Below, piece after piece: positions 47,945 through 58,339 of a stretch of 64,000 nt of DNA; within the stretch, counting starts at the first letter, position 1; the number at the start of each line of letters is the position of its first letter. The stretch is from Alphaproteobacteria bacterium. GTDB lineage: Bacteria; Pseudomonadota; Alphaproteobacteria; UBA828. The position numbers were made by a program, and so were the translations under genes. The stretch is taken from positions 2,048,001 to 2,112,000 of the forward strand of contig CBDEFM010000002.1 of NCBI GenBank assembly GCA_965237415.1, read 5' to 3'. The notes beneath the pieces are model-generated. The model searched no databases. It was given only the letters and a program-made list of their open reading frames with translations, and was not told the origin of the DNA.

Positions 47945-49435
47945 CTACTTGTCGATGTCGCCCATGCACATGTACTTGACCTCCATGAACTCATCGAGGC
48001 CGTAGTGTGAGCCTTCGCGGCCGATACCGGATTGCTTCATGCCCCCGAAGGGCGCCACCTCGGTGGAGATGATCCCGGTGTTGATGCCGACGATGCCGTA
48101 TTCGAGCTGCTCCGCCACCCGCCAGATGCGCCCGATGTCGCGGCTGTAGAAGTAGGCGGCGAGGCCGAACTCGGTATCGTTGGCGAGCTGCACCGCCTCG
48201 TCGTCGGTCTCGAAGCGGAAGAGCGGCGCGAGCGGGCCGAAGGTCTCCTCGCGGGCGACCTTCATCTGAGTGTTCACGTTGGCGATGACGGTGGGCTCGA
48301 AGAAATTGCCGCCAAGCGGGTGGCGCTTGCCGCCCTGGATCACCGTCGCCCCCTTGTCGACCGCGTCCTGGATATGCTCCTCGACCTTGGCGACGGCGGC
48401 TTCGTCGATCAGCGGCCCCTGCTGGGTCTCGCCTTCGAGGCCGGGGCCGACGACCAGCTTGGACGAGGCCTCGGCGAGCCGCTCGGCAAAGGTGTCGTAG
48501 ACGCCGCCCTGCACCAGGAAGCGGTTGGCGCAGACGCAGGTCTGGCCCGTGTTGCGGTACTTGGACGCGATGGCGCCGCTCACGGCGGAGTCCATATCGG
48601 CATCGTCGAAGACGATGAAGGGCGCGTTGCCGCCGAGCTCCATCGAGACCTTCTTCACCGTGTGCGCGCACTGCTCGAGCAGGATCTTTCCCACCTCCGT
48701 CGAGCCGGTGAAGGAAAGCTTGCGCACGATGGGGTTGGCGGTCAGCTCGCCGCCGACATCGCCCGAGGGGCCGGTGATCACGTTGAAGACGCCGGGCGGA
48801 ATGCCGGCACGCTCGCCCAGCTCGCAGAGTGCGAGCGCGGAGAACGGCGTCGCCGTCGCCGGCCGTGCGACCACGGTGCAGCCGGCGGCGAGCGCGGGCC
48901 CCGCCTTGCGCGTGATCATGGCGTTCGGGAAGTTCCACGGCGTGATCATGGCGACGACGCCGACCGGCTCCTTGGTGACGACGATGCGCCGGTCGCTGAG
49001 GTGCGGCGGAATGACATCGCCGTAGGCGCGCTTGCCCTCCTCGGCGAACCACTCGATGAAGGAGCCGCCATAGCCGATCTCGCCCCGCGATTCCGCCATC
49101 GGCTTCCCCTGCTCGGCGGTCATGATAATGGCGAGGTCCTCCTGGTTCGCCATCATCAGGTCGTACCACTTGCGGAGGATCTGGGCGCGCTCCTTGGCGG
49201 TCTTGGCGCGCCAGGCGGGGAAGGCCCGGTTCGCCGCCTCGATCGCGGCGCGGGTCTCGGCGGCGGAGAACGCCGGCACGGTACCGATCACCTGGCCATC
49301 CGCCGGGTTCACCACGCCGGTGGTCCCGCCGGACTTCGCGTCGAGCCAGTGGCCGTCCACATAGCATTGCTGGCGGAACAGCGTCTGGTCCTGGAGGAAG
49401 ACGCCCTTCACGATCTCGGCGGCGGCAGTGCTCAT
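47945..49435 (-). CDS. gabD: NAD(P)-dependent succinate-semialdehyde dehydrogenase
   Basis: ITPWNFPNAMITRKAG, FTGSTEVG, SMELGGNAPF, GQTCVCANR, EETFGP. Confidence 0.92.
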   Translation of the reverse strand: MSTAAAEIVKGVFLQDQTLFRQQCYVDGHWLDAKSGGTTGVVNPADGQVIGTVPAFSAAETRAAIEAANRAFPAWRAKTAKERAQILRKWYDLMMANQEDLAIIMTAEQGKPMAESRGEIGYGGSFIEWFAEEGKRAYGDVIPPHLSDRRIVVTKEPVGVVAMITPWNFPNAMITRKAGPALAAGCTVVARPATATPFSALALCELGERAGIPPGVFNVITGPSGDVGGELTANPIVRKLSFTGSTEVGKILLEQCAHTVKKVSMELGGNAPFIVFDDADMDSAVSGAIASKYRNTGQTCVCANRFLVQGGVYDTFAERLAEASSKLVVGPGLEGETQQGPLIDEAAVAKVEEHIQDAVDKGATVIQGGKRHPLGGNFFEPTVIANVNTQMKVAREETFGPLAPLFRFETDDEAVQLANDTEFGLAAYFYSRDIGRIWRVAEQLEYGIVGINTGIISTEVAPFGGMKQSGIGREGSHYGLDEFMEVKYMCMGDIDK

Positions 49436-49532
49436 GGTGCGGTGTCCCTTCGGTCGGCGGATGAATTGCGGAGGAGGCCGCGCAGTATCGCCGATCGGGC
49501 GCGGGACCGGCAAGGCGCCCCCTGCGTCACAG

Positions 49533-49630
49533 GCGCCCGCGACCCTGCTGGCGCGGACTCATCGGTATGCGCCCGCGACCTTTCAGGCGCGGACTCATTG
49601 GTATGCGCCCGCGACCTTTCTGGCGCGGAC
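49533..49630 (+). repeat. 36-bp tandem repeat, about 2.7 copies
   Basis: Unit GCGCCCGCGACCTTTCAGGCGCGGACTCATTGGTAT starting at 49533, 49569 and 49605. Confidence 0.85.
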
Positions 49631-49652
49631 GACTGCCGTGCTAGGGTGGGCC

Positions 49653-50318
49653 ATGCGCGACTGGGGAGGGGCGCGGGGCAGGCGCCTCGCCCGCCGGGAG
49701 TTCTGTGCGGCGGGAGCGGCGGCCCTCCTCGGCCTTGCAGCCTCTCCCGGCGCGGCCGGGGCCCGGAGCTTTCTGGAAGACGCAGAGCGCCGTGTGCCGA
49801 TCCGCAACCTGTGGACGGGCGAGAGGCGCGATCTGGTCTACTGGCGCGACGGCGATTACGACCGTCATGCGCTGGACGCCTACAGCCACCTGCTGCGCGA
49901 CCGGCGCAACGGCGAGGTCGAGCCGATCTTCTACGGTGTGCTCGATCAGCTCTTCTTCCTGTGGAAGGCGCTGGGCAGACCGGCGCGGATCGACCTCGTC
50001 TCGGGCTACCGCTCGGCCGGGACGAACGCGTGGCTCAGCGCCACCACCGAGGGCGTCGCCCGCAACTCGCTGCACACGATCGGCATGGCGGTGGATATCA
50101 GGGTGCCCGGCCTCGCGACCGAGGCGGTCTGGCGCCAGGCCGTCGATCTGCGGCGGGGCGGCGTCGGCCTCTACCGGGGATCGGACTTCGTCCACCTAGA
50201 CGTGGGCCCCGTGCGAAGCTGGGTCTTTCAGGAAGGAGTACCGCCTCGTCCGCCGGCCTCACGAATGGTGGTGCTTCCGCCTCAGCGTCCCGATCATCTC
50301 CGCCGTCATGGTGGCTAG
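49653..50318 (+). CDS. YcbK/DUF882 (peptidase M15) family protein with Tat signal
   Basis: ARREFC Tat motif, LLRDRR, SGYRS..TN, SLH..GMAVD, GGVGLY..FVHLD. Confidence 0.88.
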   Translation: MRDWGGARGRRLARREFCAAGAAALLGLAASPGAAGARSFLEDAERRVPIRNLWTGERRDLVYWRDGDYDRHALDAYSHLLRDRRNGEVEPIFYGVLDQLFFLWKALGRPARIDLVSGYRSAGTNAWLSATTEGVARNSLHTIGMAVDIRVPGLATEAVWRQAVDLRRGGVGLYRGSDFVHLDVGPVRSWVFQEGVPPRPPASRMVVLPPQRPDHLRRHGG

Positions 50319-51215
50319 GTCGTAGCGGGGCTGCCAGCCCCACTCGGCGCGGGCGGCGCTGTCGTCCATCGAATCCGGCCAAGAATCGGCGATCGCCTGG
50401 CGCAGCGGGTCGACCTCGTAGTCGATCTCGAAGCCCGGCACATGGCGGCGGATCTCGGCAGCAAGCTCGTCCGGCGTGAAGCTCATGGCGGTCACGTTGA
50501 AGGCGTTGCGATGGCGGAGCCGGCTCGGATCGGCGTCCATCAGGTCGAGGATCGCCGTGACGGCATCGGGCATGTACATCATGTCGAGGCGGGAATCGGG
50601 GCGCAGGAAGCAGGTGTAGCGCCCCTCGCTGAGCGCCTCGTAGAAGATATGGACGGCATAGTCGGTGGTGCCGCCGCCCGGCAGCGCCACGTGCGAGATC
50701 AGCCCAGGCAGCCTGAGGCCCCGCGTGTCGAGCCCGAAGCGCGTGTGGTAGTAGTCGCCCAAGAGCTCGCCCGCGACCTTGGAGACGCCATAGATCGTGT
50801 TCGGCCGCTGGATCGTGTCCTGCGGCGTGTTCTGCAGCGGCGTGCCCGGCCCGAAGGCGCCGATGGAGCTCGGGAAGAACACCTTGCAGCCGTGGCGGCG
50901 CGCCACCTCCAGCGCATTGGCGTAGCCCCCGAGATTAAGCGCCCAGGCGTCCTCCGGCCGCTCCTCGCCGAGCACCGAGAGGAACGCCGGCATGTGGTAG
51001 ATGGTACCGATCTCGTATTTCTCCACGACTGCGGCGATGTCGCCTGGCTTGGTGCAGTCGACGATTTCGAACGGTCCGCCGTCGACAACCGTTGCCACAT
51101 CCCGCCGCCGCCAACCCGAGGCGATGACGTTGTCGGTGCCGTGGCGCTCCCTGAGCTCCGGTACCAGTTCGGCGCCGATCTGCCCGAGCGCGCCGGTGAC
51201 GAGGATCTTGCTCAT
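50259..51215 (-). CDS. SDR-type L-threonine 3-dehydrogenase / NAD-dependent epimerase
   Basis: TGALGQIG, PSSIGAFG, YGVSK, PGGGTTDYAV, IADSWP. Confidence 0.88.
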   Translation of the reverse strand: MSKILVTGALGQIGAELVPELRERHGTDNVIASGWRRRDVATVVDGGPFEIVDCTKPGDIAAVVEKYEIGTIYHMPAFLSVLGEERPEDAWALNLGGYANALEVARRHGCKVFFPSSIGAFGPGTPLQNTPQDTIQRPNTIYGVSKVAGELLGDYYHTRFGLDTRGLRLPGLISHVALPGGGTTDYAVHIFYEALSEGRYTCFLRPDSRLDMMYMPDAVTAILDLMDADPSRLRHRNAFNVTAMSFTPDELAAEIRRHVPGFEIDYEVDPLRQAIADSWPDSMDDSAARAEWGWQPRYDLATMTAEMIGTLRRKHHHS

Positions 51216-51224
51216 CGGGAGAGG

Positions 51225-51255
51225 CTATCCCGGATTTCGCGCCACTGTCACGGCC
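51225..51255 (+). repeat. Degenerate solo terminus of the CTAG MITE-like family
   Basis: CTATCCCGGATTTCGCGCCACTGTCACGGCC. Confidence 0.5.
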
Positions 51256-51259
51256 AGCG

Positions 51260-52249
51260 TCAGGAGCTCTGCAGGCGGAAGAGCAGCAGGAGCGTGCGCT
51301 GGAAGAAGTTGAAGTTGTCGTCCGAGAGGATGTAGACGAGCGTCTCGCCGTCTTCGCCCTGCACCGCCGCCACGCCCTCGAAATTGTCCACCGTCAACGG
51401 GCGCTCGAAGCGCGCCACGAGCGCGCCCTGCAGCACGGCACCGGCTCCGATCGCGCCGGCGGGAACGCGCTCGAGACGCCCCCTGGTTCCGCCCAGCACG
51501 CTGAAATGGCGCGAAAGGACGAGCACGTCGCCGTTCGGCAGCGCCGCGGCATCCGTCGGCAGGAATTTTGGCGCGGTGCGGTAGCCCAAGGCCTCGACCC
51601 CGCCGTCGCCGATGAGCCAGCCGGCGCGCGCGCCGTCCTCCCGCTTGAGGCCCTGCGCCAGCATCAGGATGCGCCCGTCGGGAAGCTGGGTCAGCGCCTC
51701 CAGCCCTCCGTTGGCGGGGGCGCGCTTCATGGCCCTCGGTGTCTGGAAGGGTGCGGGCCGGCCCTGCAAGCCCCCCGACTCTGCCGGGTAGCGCCACACG
51801 CGGTGGCGCCGCTCGAAGCTCACGAGCCAGTCGCCGCCGGCCAAGCGCTCCAGCGCCTCGGCATCGCGCCACTCCGCCTCCACCGGCCGGCCCTCGGGGT
51901 CCCTGAGCGGCCCGAGTGCGGCATCGGCGAGCCCCACGAGGCGGCCGGCGGCGTCGCGCACGATGCGGGCGGTGAACCAGTGGCCTCGGTCGGTGACGGC
52001 GGCTAGCCGCCCATCGGCCGTGACACTGAGACCCGACAGCCCGCCGAACGCCGGCTCGTCGCTTCGAAGATCCAGCCCGCCGAGGAACTGCAGGTCGCCG
52101 ACACGGTGCCGGGCGCGGTCTGTCGGATCGAGGGCGATCTGACTCGTGGAAAGCGGGATGGAGGCGCCGAGCGCCGCGCCGGACGCGAGTGCCACCCCGC
52201 ACACGAGGACGGTAGCGACAACTGCGCGTGCCAGCGAACGGCCGCTCAT
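51260..52249 (-). CDS. Esterase-like activity of phytase family protein (secreted)
   Basis: Signal peptide; FGGLSGL, DAEAL, VSFE, NGGLEAL, DNFEGV, SDDNF..QRTLLL. Confidence 0.88.
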   Translation of the reverse strand: MSGRSLARAVVATVLVCGVALASGAALGASIPLSTSQIALDPTDRARHRVGDLQFLGGLDLRSDEPAFGGLSGLSVTADGRLAAVTDRGHWFTARIVRDAAGRLVGLADAALGPLRDPEGRPVEAEWRDAEALERLAGGDWLVSFERRHRVWRYPAESGGLQGRPAPFQTPRAMKRAPANGGLEALTQLPDGRILMLAQGLKREDGARAGWLIGDGGVEALGYRTAPKFLPTDAAALPNGDVLVLSRHFSVLGGTRGRLERVPAGAIGAGAVLQGALVARFERPLTVDNFEGVAAVQGEDGETLVYILSDDNFNFFQRTLLLLFRLQSS

Positions 52250-53463
52250 CACGCCGCAGCCGCCAGGCGCGCGAGACGCGTATCGGCCCGCCACACCCCG
52301 ATGACGACCGCGAGACCGAGGGAGGACCAGACCAGCATCGTCCACCACGCTGCCTCCCAACCGCCCAGCGCCTCGGTCACCGCGGCGAGCAGGGGCGGGC
52401 CGAGCACGGCGCCGAGCGCGGCCCCCTGCGCCACGAAACCGCCCGCCATGGCGACCTGCGCCGGGCTGGGCGCATGCGCGATGCCGCCTTCGAAGCAGAC
52501 GGCGGGCAGCGGGCCGCTGGCCAGGGCGAAGCAGAGCGCCAGAGGTAACTTGGCATCGACGGGCGTGAACGGCGCGAAGAGCGCCGCCGCGCAGACTCCC
52601 ATGCCTGCGAAGGTGATCGCCAGCAGCGGCCAACGCGCGACGCCGCGCTGGATGAGCCCGGCGCAGGCCACCGAGCCGAAGGCGGTGACGAGGACGAAGA
52701 GCGCGGTGAAGAGCGCGGCGCCGGCGAGCGAGCGCGCTTGCGTCTCGATCAGGAAGGTCGGCAGCCATGCCATCAACGCCTGCCACTCGACGGCGAAAAT
52801 CGCGAAGCTCGCGCCGAACAGCCAGGGCCCCGGCCGCGCCAGCGTCGCGCGCACGCCGGCACCGTCGAAGCTCCCGCCTCTTACCGCCGGCGCCTGCCAG
52901 CGGCCCGGCGCGGCGCCCCAGAGGAAGACGAGCACGAAGACCAGAATGAGTCCCGAATTGAGGAACCAGAGACCGCGCCAGCCAATCGGCTCCAGCAGCG
53001 CGGTCGCGATCACGAGCGAGAGCGCGATACCGACCGGCATGTAGGTGCCCCAGACTCCGAGGAGGAAGCGGCGCACACCGGCATCCGTCGCGGTGACGAG
53101 CATCTTGGGCCCGACGACCGTGAGGGTGACGAAGCCGAAGCCCTCGACGATGCGGGCCGCGAGCAGCGGCGCCCCGCTTTCCGCGAACCCTCCCGCGAGG
53201 CCGGCGAGGGCCATCGCAGCCCCGCCCACGACGACCATCCGCCTGATGCCGAGCCGGTCCACGAGCAGCCCGCCCACGACGCCGAGGACGGCGCCGATGC
53301 CGTAGAACGACGACGCGATCAGCCCGGCGATGACGCGGGACAGGTCGAGCTCGGCCTGAAGCATGGGCAGCGCCGGCGGCACCTTGCCGACCTGCATGCC
53401 GACCATGTAGCCCGCCGCGAACGCGATCGCCACGATGTCCCAGCGGGTGCGCATAAGCGCCAC
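52249..53463 (-). CDS. MFS transporter (CynX/NimT-like)
   Basis: About 12 TM segments; GKVPPALP, GLLVDRLG, WGTYMPVG. Confidence 0.85.
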   Translation of the reverse strand: MALMRTRWDIVAIAFAAGYMVGMQVGKVPPALPMLQAELDLSRVIAGLIASSFYGIGAVLGVVGGLLVDRLGIRRMVVVGGAAMALAGLAGGFAESGAPLLAARIVEGFGFVTLTVVGPKMLVTATDAGVRRFLLGVWGTYMPVGIALSLVIATALLEPIGWRGLWFLNSGLILVFVLVFLWGAAPGRWQAPAVRGGSFDGAGVRATLARPGPWLFGASFAIFAVEWQALMAWLPTFLIETQARSLAGAALFTALFVLVTAFGSVACAGLIQRGVARWPLLAITFAGMGVCAAALFAPFTPVDAKLPLALCFALASGPLPAVCFEGGIAHAPSPAQVAMAGGFVAQGAALGAVLGPPLLAAVTEALGGWEAAWWTMLVWSSLGLAVVIGVWRADTRLARLAAAA

Positions 53464-53465
53464 GA

Positions 53466-55667
53466 TCAGCGCCGCCGGCGCGGCCTCCCGCGCCGCCCGC
53501 CGTCACGGCCCGCTGCCGCCCAGGCCTCCCCATCTACGGCGATAAGCGAGAAGGTCAGGCCGCCGGCTATGGGGTCTGCCTCTTGCAGCGACACGACCAC
53601 CGGATCGCCCAGGCAAAGCGTGCGGCCATCGACATCGAGCGTCTGGCGCCTCGCATCGAAGCGCGGCCTGTTGGCGCCGAGCGTGCGGGCGGGGACGAGC
53701 CCCTCGGCCCCGGTCTCGTCGAGGGAGACGAAGACGCCGAAGCGCGTGACGCCTGCGATACGGCCGTGGAACTCCGCGCCCAGGCGATCGGCCAGGTAGG
53801 CGGCGCAATAGCGATCCAGGGCATCGCGCTCCGCCGCCTGCGCGCGCCGCTCGGTCGAGGAGATGTGCGTGCCCACGGGCTCCAGCGCCGCCTCCTCCCC
53901 GCGCGCGGACCCACCTGGCACGAGGCCGTAGGCGTCGATCAGGGCGCGGTGCACCAGCAGATCGGCATAGCGGCGGATCGGCGAGGTGAAGTGGGCGTAG
54001 CGCACGAGGCCGAGCCCAAAGTGGCCGATGTTGCGGGGGCTGTAGGCCGCCTTCGCCTGGGCGCGCAGGATCATCAGGCTGGCGACCCCGACATCTCTGG
54101 GGTCTTCGAGCAGGGCGAGGAACCGGTTGAAGGCATCGGGACGGACGGCGCCGCCTCGCGGCAGGGCGAGCCCGCGGCCGCGGAGAAATTCGCGCAGCGT
54201 TTCGAGCTTCGCCGTGTCGGGCCGGTCGTGGACGCGGTACATGCAGGGCATGTGCTTGGCTTCGAGCGCGCTGGCCGCGGCGACATTCGCCGCGATCATC
54301 AACTCCTCGATCAGGCGGTGGCTGTCGAAGCGGCGCGCGAAGCCGATGTGCGCCACGGCGCCGTCGTCCGTGAGCGTGACGACGCGTTCCGGCAGGTCGA
54401 GATCGAGCGCGCCGCGGCGCTCCCGCGCTGCCCTGAGCGCGCCGTAGACACCGTAGAGCGCGGGGATCGTAGTCTGCACCGGCGCCTCCAGGCCATCGCC
54501 GCCCCGTTCTACTGCCTCCTGCACGCCGTCGTAGGTGAGCCGCGCGGCCGAGCGCATGAGCGCGCGTTCGAAGCGCCAATCGCGCACCGTGCCCTCCGCG
54601 TCGATTTGGAGATGTGCGGCGAGGCAGGCGCGGTCTTCGCCGGGCCTCAGCGAGCAGAGACCGGCGGAGAGCGCCTCCGGCAGCATCGGCACCACGCGGT
54701 CGGGGAAATAGGCGGAGTTGCCGCGCTCCCGCGCGGCCTTATCGAGGGCGCTGCCCGGCCGCACGAAATGGGCCACGTCGGCGATGGCGACGACCGCACA
54801 CCAGCCGCCCGGATTGTCCGGCGCGGAATCGGCCTCGGCCCAGACCGCGTCGTCGAAATCGCGGGCATCCGCGCCGTCGATGGTCACCAGGGGGAGTGCG
54901 CGCAGGTCCGATCGCCCGTCGAGACCCGGCGCCGCCATGTGCTCGGCCTCCGCCAGCGCCTCGTCGGAGAAGTCGACCGGCAGGCCGTGGCCGTGGATGG
55001 CGGCCAGACTGATCGCGCCCGGCGAGCCCGCGTCGCCCAGCCGCTCGACCACCCGGGCATCGGGCAAACCGAGGCGGCGGCCCTCGCGGGTCTCGCCCAC
55101 CACCAGCTCGCCGGAGCGGGCGCCGGCGGTCTCCTCCGCCCGCACCGCGAAATCGCGGCGCAGGCGACGGTCGGCCGGTTCGATCGTGCCGCCGCCCCGC
55201 CCGTCGGCATGGAAGACCCCGACCACCCGGCGGGGGCCCGAATCGAGCACGCGCATGGGGCGTGCCTGGTAGCCACCGTCGGGCGCCGGTCTGAGCCGCG
55301 CGAGCACGCGGTCGCCCTCCCCCGGCTCCCGCACGCCGCGGGGCGCGGGGTCGAGCGTGATCGGCGGCGGCGGACCGGGTGACTCCCACCCGGCGGGCCG
55401 GGCCGTGAGCGCGCCGTCGCTGTCGAGCCCCTCCACCACCAGTACGGTGACGGCCGGCAGCCTCCCGTCAGACCGGCGCCGCCTGCGCCGGCCTTCGAGC
55501 GCGCCTTCCGCTTCCAGCGCGCGCAGGAGCTCCGTCAGCGCGGCGCGGTCGTTGCCGCGGATGCCGAAGGCACGCGCGATCTCGCGCCTGCCGACCTTGC
55601 CCGGGCTCTCCCGGACAAAGCGCAGAACCTCATCCTTGCTTGGAAAGGGAGCCGGCTTGCTCGCCAA
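53466..55667 (-). CDS. rnr: Ribonuclease R
   Basis: TIDGADARDFDDAV, RGNSAYFP, HFTSPIRRYADL, S1 domain; follows topA. Confidence 0.93.
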   Translation of the reverse strand: MASKPAPFPSKDEVLRFVRESPGKVGRREIARAFGIRGNDRAALTELLRALEAEGALEGRRRRRRSDGRLPAVTVLVVEGLDSDGALTARPAGWESPGPPPPITLDPAPRGVREPGEGDRVLARLRPAPDGGYQARPMRVLDSGPRRVVGVFHADGRGGGTIEPADRRLRRDFAVRAEETAGARSGELVVGETREGRRLGLPDARVVERLGDAGSPGAISLAAIHGHGLPVDFSDEALAEAEHMAAPGLDGRSDLRALPLVTIDGADARDFDDAVWAEADSAPDNPGGWCAVVAIADVAHFVRPGSALDKAARERGNSAYFPDRVVPMLPEALSAGLCSLRPGEDRACLAAHLQIDAEGTVRDWRFERALMRSAARLTYDGVQEAVERGGDGLEAPVQTTIPALYGVYGALRAARERRGALDLDLPERVVTLTDDGAVAHIGFARRFDSHRLIEELMIAANVAAASALEAKHMPCMYRVHDRPDTAKLETLREFLRGRGLALPRGGAVRPDAFNRFLALLEDPRDVGVASLMILRAQAKAAYSPRNIGHFGLGLVRYAHFTSPIRRYADLLVHRALIDAYGLVPGGSARGEEAALEPVGTHISSTERRAQAAERDALDRYCAAYLADRLGAEFHGRIAGVTRFGVFVSLDETGAEGLVPARTLGANRPRFDARRQTLDVDGRTLCLGDPVVVSLQEADPIAGGLTFSLIAVDGEAWAAAGRDGGRRGRPRRRR

Positions 55668-55682
55668 GACCGCCGCGCGCCG

Positions 55683-58304
55683 CTAGGGCGCGCCGCCGGT
55701 TGGCGCGTCCGCTTGCCGCCGCGAGGCGCGCTTCGCCTTCGCCCGCCCTGTCCCGCCGGCCTTGGTCGCCGCCGGCTTCCGCTTGGCTCCGGCGGTCTTC
55801 GTCTTCGCACCGCCCTTGGCCGCCTTGGCGGCGAGCAGCGCGACGGCCTCTTCGAGGGTGAACGCGTCGGCGGACGCGCCCTTGGGCAGCGAGGCGCGCA
55901 GCCGGCGATGCTGGACATAGGGTCCGTAGCGGCCGCTGCAGAGCCGCACGGACTCGCCACCCTCGGGATGAGCGCCGAGCTCGCGCAGCACGCGGGCGCC
56001 CCCCTTCTTCTCGGCGATCAGCACCACCGCCCGGTTCAGGCCCACCGTCAGCACGTTCTCGCCGCGCGGCAGCGAGCGATAGGCGCCGTCGTGCTTGACG
56101 TAGCCGCCGAAGCGGCCGATCCCGGCCGTGATCGGCTTGCCGGTCTCGGGATGAGTCCCGACCTCCCGCGGCAGTGCGAGCAGGCCGAGCGCCGTCTCAA
56201 GATCGACCAGGTCCGGCGCCAGGTCCTGAGGCAGGGAGACCCGCTTGGGCTTCTCCTTGGACGATTCCTCGACGCCGCGCTCGACATAGAGGCCATAGGG
56301 GCCGCGCTTCAACGCGACCGGCAGGCCGCTCGCCGGGTCGTTCCCGAGCGTGCGGGGCTCCGCAGCCTCGTCGCCGCCATCGGCGAGCGGGCGGGTGAAG
56401 CGGCAGTCGGGATAGTTGGCGCAGCCCACGAAGGGGCCGTAACGCCCGAGCTTGAGGCCGAGCCGTCCGTCCTCGCACGAAGGGCAGCGGCGATCCTCCC
56501 CGCCATCCTCGGCCGGGAACAGGTGCCGGCCGAGGGTCTCGTCGAGGGCATCGAGGACCTGCTTGACCCGGAGTCCCTTGGTCTCCTCCACCGCCCCGGC
56601 GAAGTCGCGCCAAAAATCGCCCAGCACCGCCCGCCAGTCGATCTCGCCGGCGGAGATGGTATCGAGCTGGCCTTCGAGCGAAGCCGTGAAGTCGTACTCG
56701 ACATAGCGGCTGAAGAAGCTCTCCAGGAACACCGTGACGATGCGCCCGCGGTCCTCCGGCACGAAGCGGCGCTTCTCCAGACGCACGTAATCGCGGTCCT
56801 GCAACACCGAGATGATGGCGGCATAGGTGGAGGGGCGGCCGATGCCGAGCTCTTCCAGCCGCCTCACGAGGCTCGCTTCTGAGAAGCGCGGCGGCGGCTC
56901 GGTCACGTGCTTGTTGGGAGTGACGCCGGCGACCGCCATCGCCTCGCCCTCTTTCACCGCCGGCAGCGCGCGCTCGTCATCCGCGCCGTCGCCGTTGTCG
57001 CGCCGGGCATCGTCCCGGCCCTCCTGATAGACGCGGAGGAACCCGTCGAAGGCGACCGTCGCGCCGGTGGCGCGCAGGCCGACGCGGCCGTCGCCGGAGG
57101 CGATGTCCACGCTCACCCGGTCGATCTCGGCGCTTGCCATCTGGCTCGCGAGCGCGCGCTTCCAGATCAGCTCGTAGAGCCGCGCCTGATCCCTGTTGAG
57201 CGCGGCCGAGAGCGAGCGCGGGTCGCGGGCCAGATCGGTGGGGCGGATCGCCTCGTGCGCCTCCTGCGCATTCTTCGCCTTGGCGCGGTAGCGGCGGGGC
57301 TTTTCCGGCACATAGGCCTGGCCGTAGCGCCGCCCGATCACGTCCCGCGCCTGGCGCAGCGCCTGCTCGGCGATTTGTACGCCGTCGGTCCGCATATAGG
57401 TGATGAGGCCCACCTGCTCGCCACCCACCGCAATACCCTCGTAGAGCTGCTGGGCCACCTGCATGGTGCGCCGCGCGGCGAATCCCAGCTTGCGCGAGGC
57501 TTCCTGCTGCAGGGTCGACGTGGTGAAGGGCGGCGCCGGATTGCGCTTGACGCGCTTCGGCTCGACGGCGGCGATGCGGTAGCGGCCGGTCTTGACGAGC
57601 GAAGCGGCCCGCTCAGCCGCTTCCTGGTCGCCGAGCGCATACTTGCCGAGCTTTTCGCCGTCGAGGGCCGCAAGCCGGGCGACCATGCGCTCGCCCCTGG
57701 GCGTGTCGAGATCGACCTCGATCGACCAGTACTCGCGCGGCTTGAAGGCCTCGATCTCGACCTCGCGCGCGCAGATCAGCCGGAGCGCGACGGACTGCAC
57801 GCGGCCCGCCGAGCGCGAGCCGGGGAGCTTACGCCACAGCACCGGCGACAGCGTGAAGCCCACCAGATAATCGAGCGCGCGGCGCGCCTTGTAGGCGTCG
57901 ATCAGATTGTCGTCGAGGTCGCGCGGCTGGGCCATGGCATCGAGCACGGCGCTCTTGGTGACCTCGGTAAAGACCACGCGTTGCACGGCGACGCCGTCCA
58001 ACAGCCCCCGGCGGCCGAGCTCGTCCCTCACATGCCAGGAGATCGCCTCGCCCTCGCGGTCGGGGTCGGTGGCGAGGAAGAGCCTATCCGCGCCCCGCAG
58101 CGCCCTGCCGATGGCGCCGATGTGCTTCTCGGCCCCGTCGGAGACGGTCCAGTCCATGGCGAAGGCATCGTCCGGCCGCACCGAGCCATCCTTGGGCAGG
58201 AGGTCGCGGACATGGCCGTAGGACGCCACGACCGTGTAGCCCGGCCCCAGGTACCTGCCGATGGTTGACGCCTTGGTAGGCGATTCGACGACGACGACGT
58301 TCAT
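55683..58304 (-). CDS. topA: DNA topoisomerase I
   Basis: VVESP, ATDPDREGE, SAGRVQS, LITYMRTD, GIGRPSTY, Zn ribbon and C-terminal repeats. Confidence 0.96.
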   Translation of the reverse strand: MNVVVVESPTKASTIGRYLGPGYTVVASYGHVRDLLPKDGSVRPDDAFAMDWTVSDGAEKHIGAIGRALRGADRLFLATDPDREGEAISWHVRDELGRRGLLDGVAVQRVVFTEVTKSAVLDAMAQPRDLDDNLIDAYKARRALDYLVGFTLSPVLWRKLPGSRSAGRVQSVALRLICAREVEIEAFKPREYWSIEVDLDTPRGERMVARLAALDGEKLGKYALGDQEAAERAASLVKTGRYRIAAVEPKRVKRNPAPPFTTSTLQQEASRKLGFAARRTMQVAQQLYEGIAVGGEQVGLITYMRTDGVQIAEQALRQARDVIGRRYGQAYVPEKPRRYRAKAKNAQEAHEAIRPTDLARDPRSLSAALNRDQARLYELIWKRALASQMASAEIDRVSVDIASGDGRVGLRATGATVAFDGFLRVYQEGRDDARRDNGDGADDERALPAVKEGEAMAVAGVTPNKHVTEPPPRFSEASLVRRLEELGIGRPSTYAAIISVLQDRDYVRLEKRRFVPEDRGRIVTVFLESFFSRYVEYDFTASLEGQLDTISAGEIDWRAVLGDFWRDFAGAVEETKGLRVKQVLDALDETLGRHLFPAEDGGEDRRCPSCEDGRLGLKLGRYGPFVGCANYPDCRFTRPLADGGDEAAEPRTLGNDPASGLPVALKRGPYGLYVERGVEESSKEKPKRVSLPQDLAPDLVDLETALGLLALPREVGTHPETGKPITAGIGRFGGYVKHDGAYRSLPRGENVLTVGLNRAVVLIAEKKGGARVLRELGAHPEGGESVRLCSGRYGPYVQHRRLRASLPKGASADAFTLEEAVALLAAKAAKGGAKTKTAGAKRKPAATKAGGTGRAKAKRASRRQADAPTGGAP

Positions 58305-58339
58305 TCTGAAACGATTTCCGGTAGCGCCTGTGGGCGGCG

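Noticed and set aside
49533-49630. Possible mini-CRISPR (36-bp unit)
   Set aside because: Units are directly adjacent with no unique spacers, and no cas genes are present
50259-50318. 60-bp convergent overlap of the ycbK-like and threonine dehydrogenase-like genes
   Set aside because: Only non-conserved C-terminal tails overlap, which is common in GC-rich genomes
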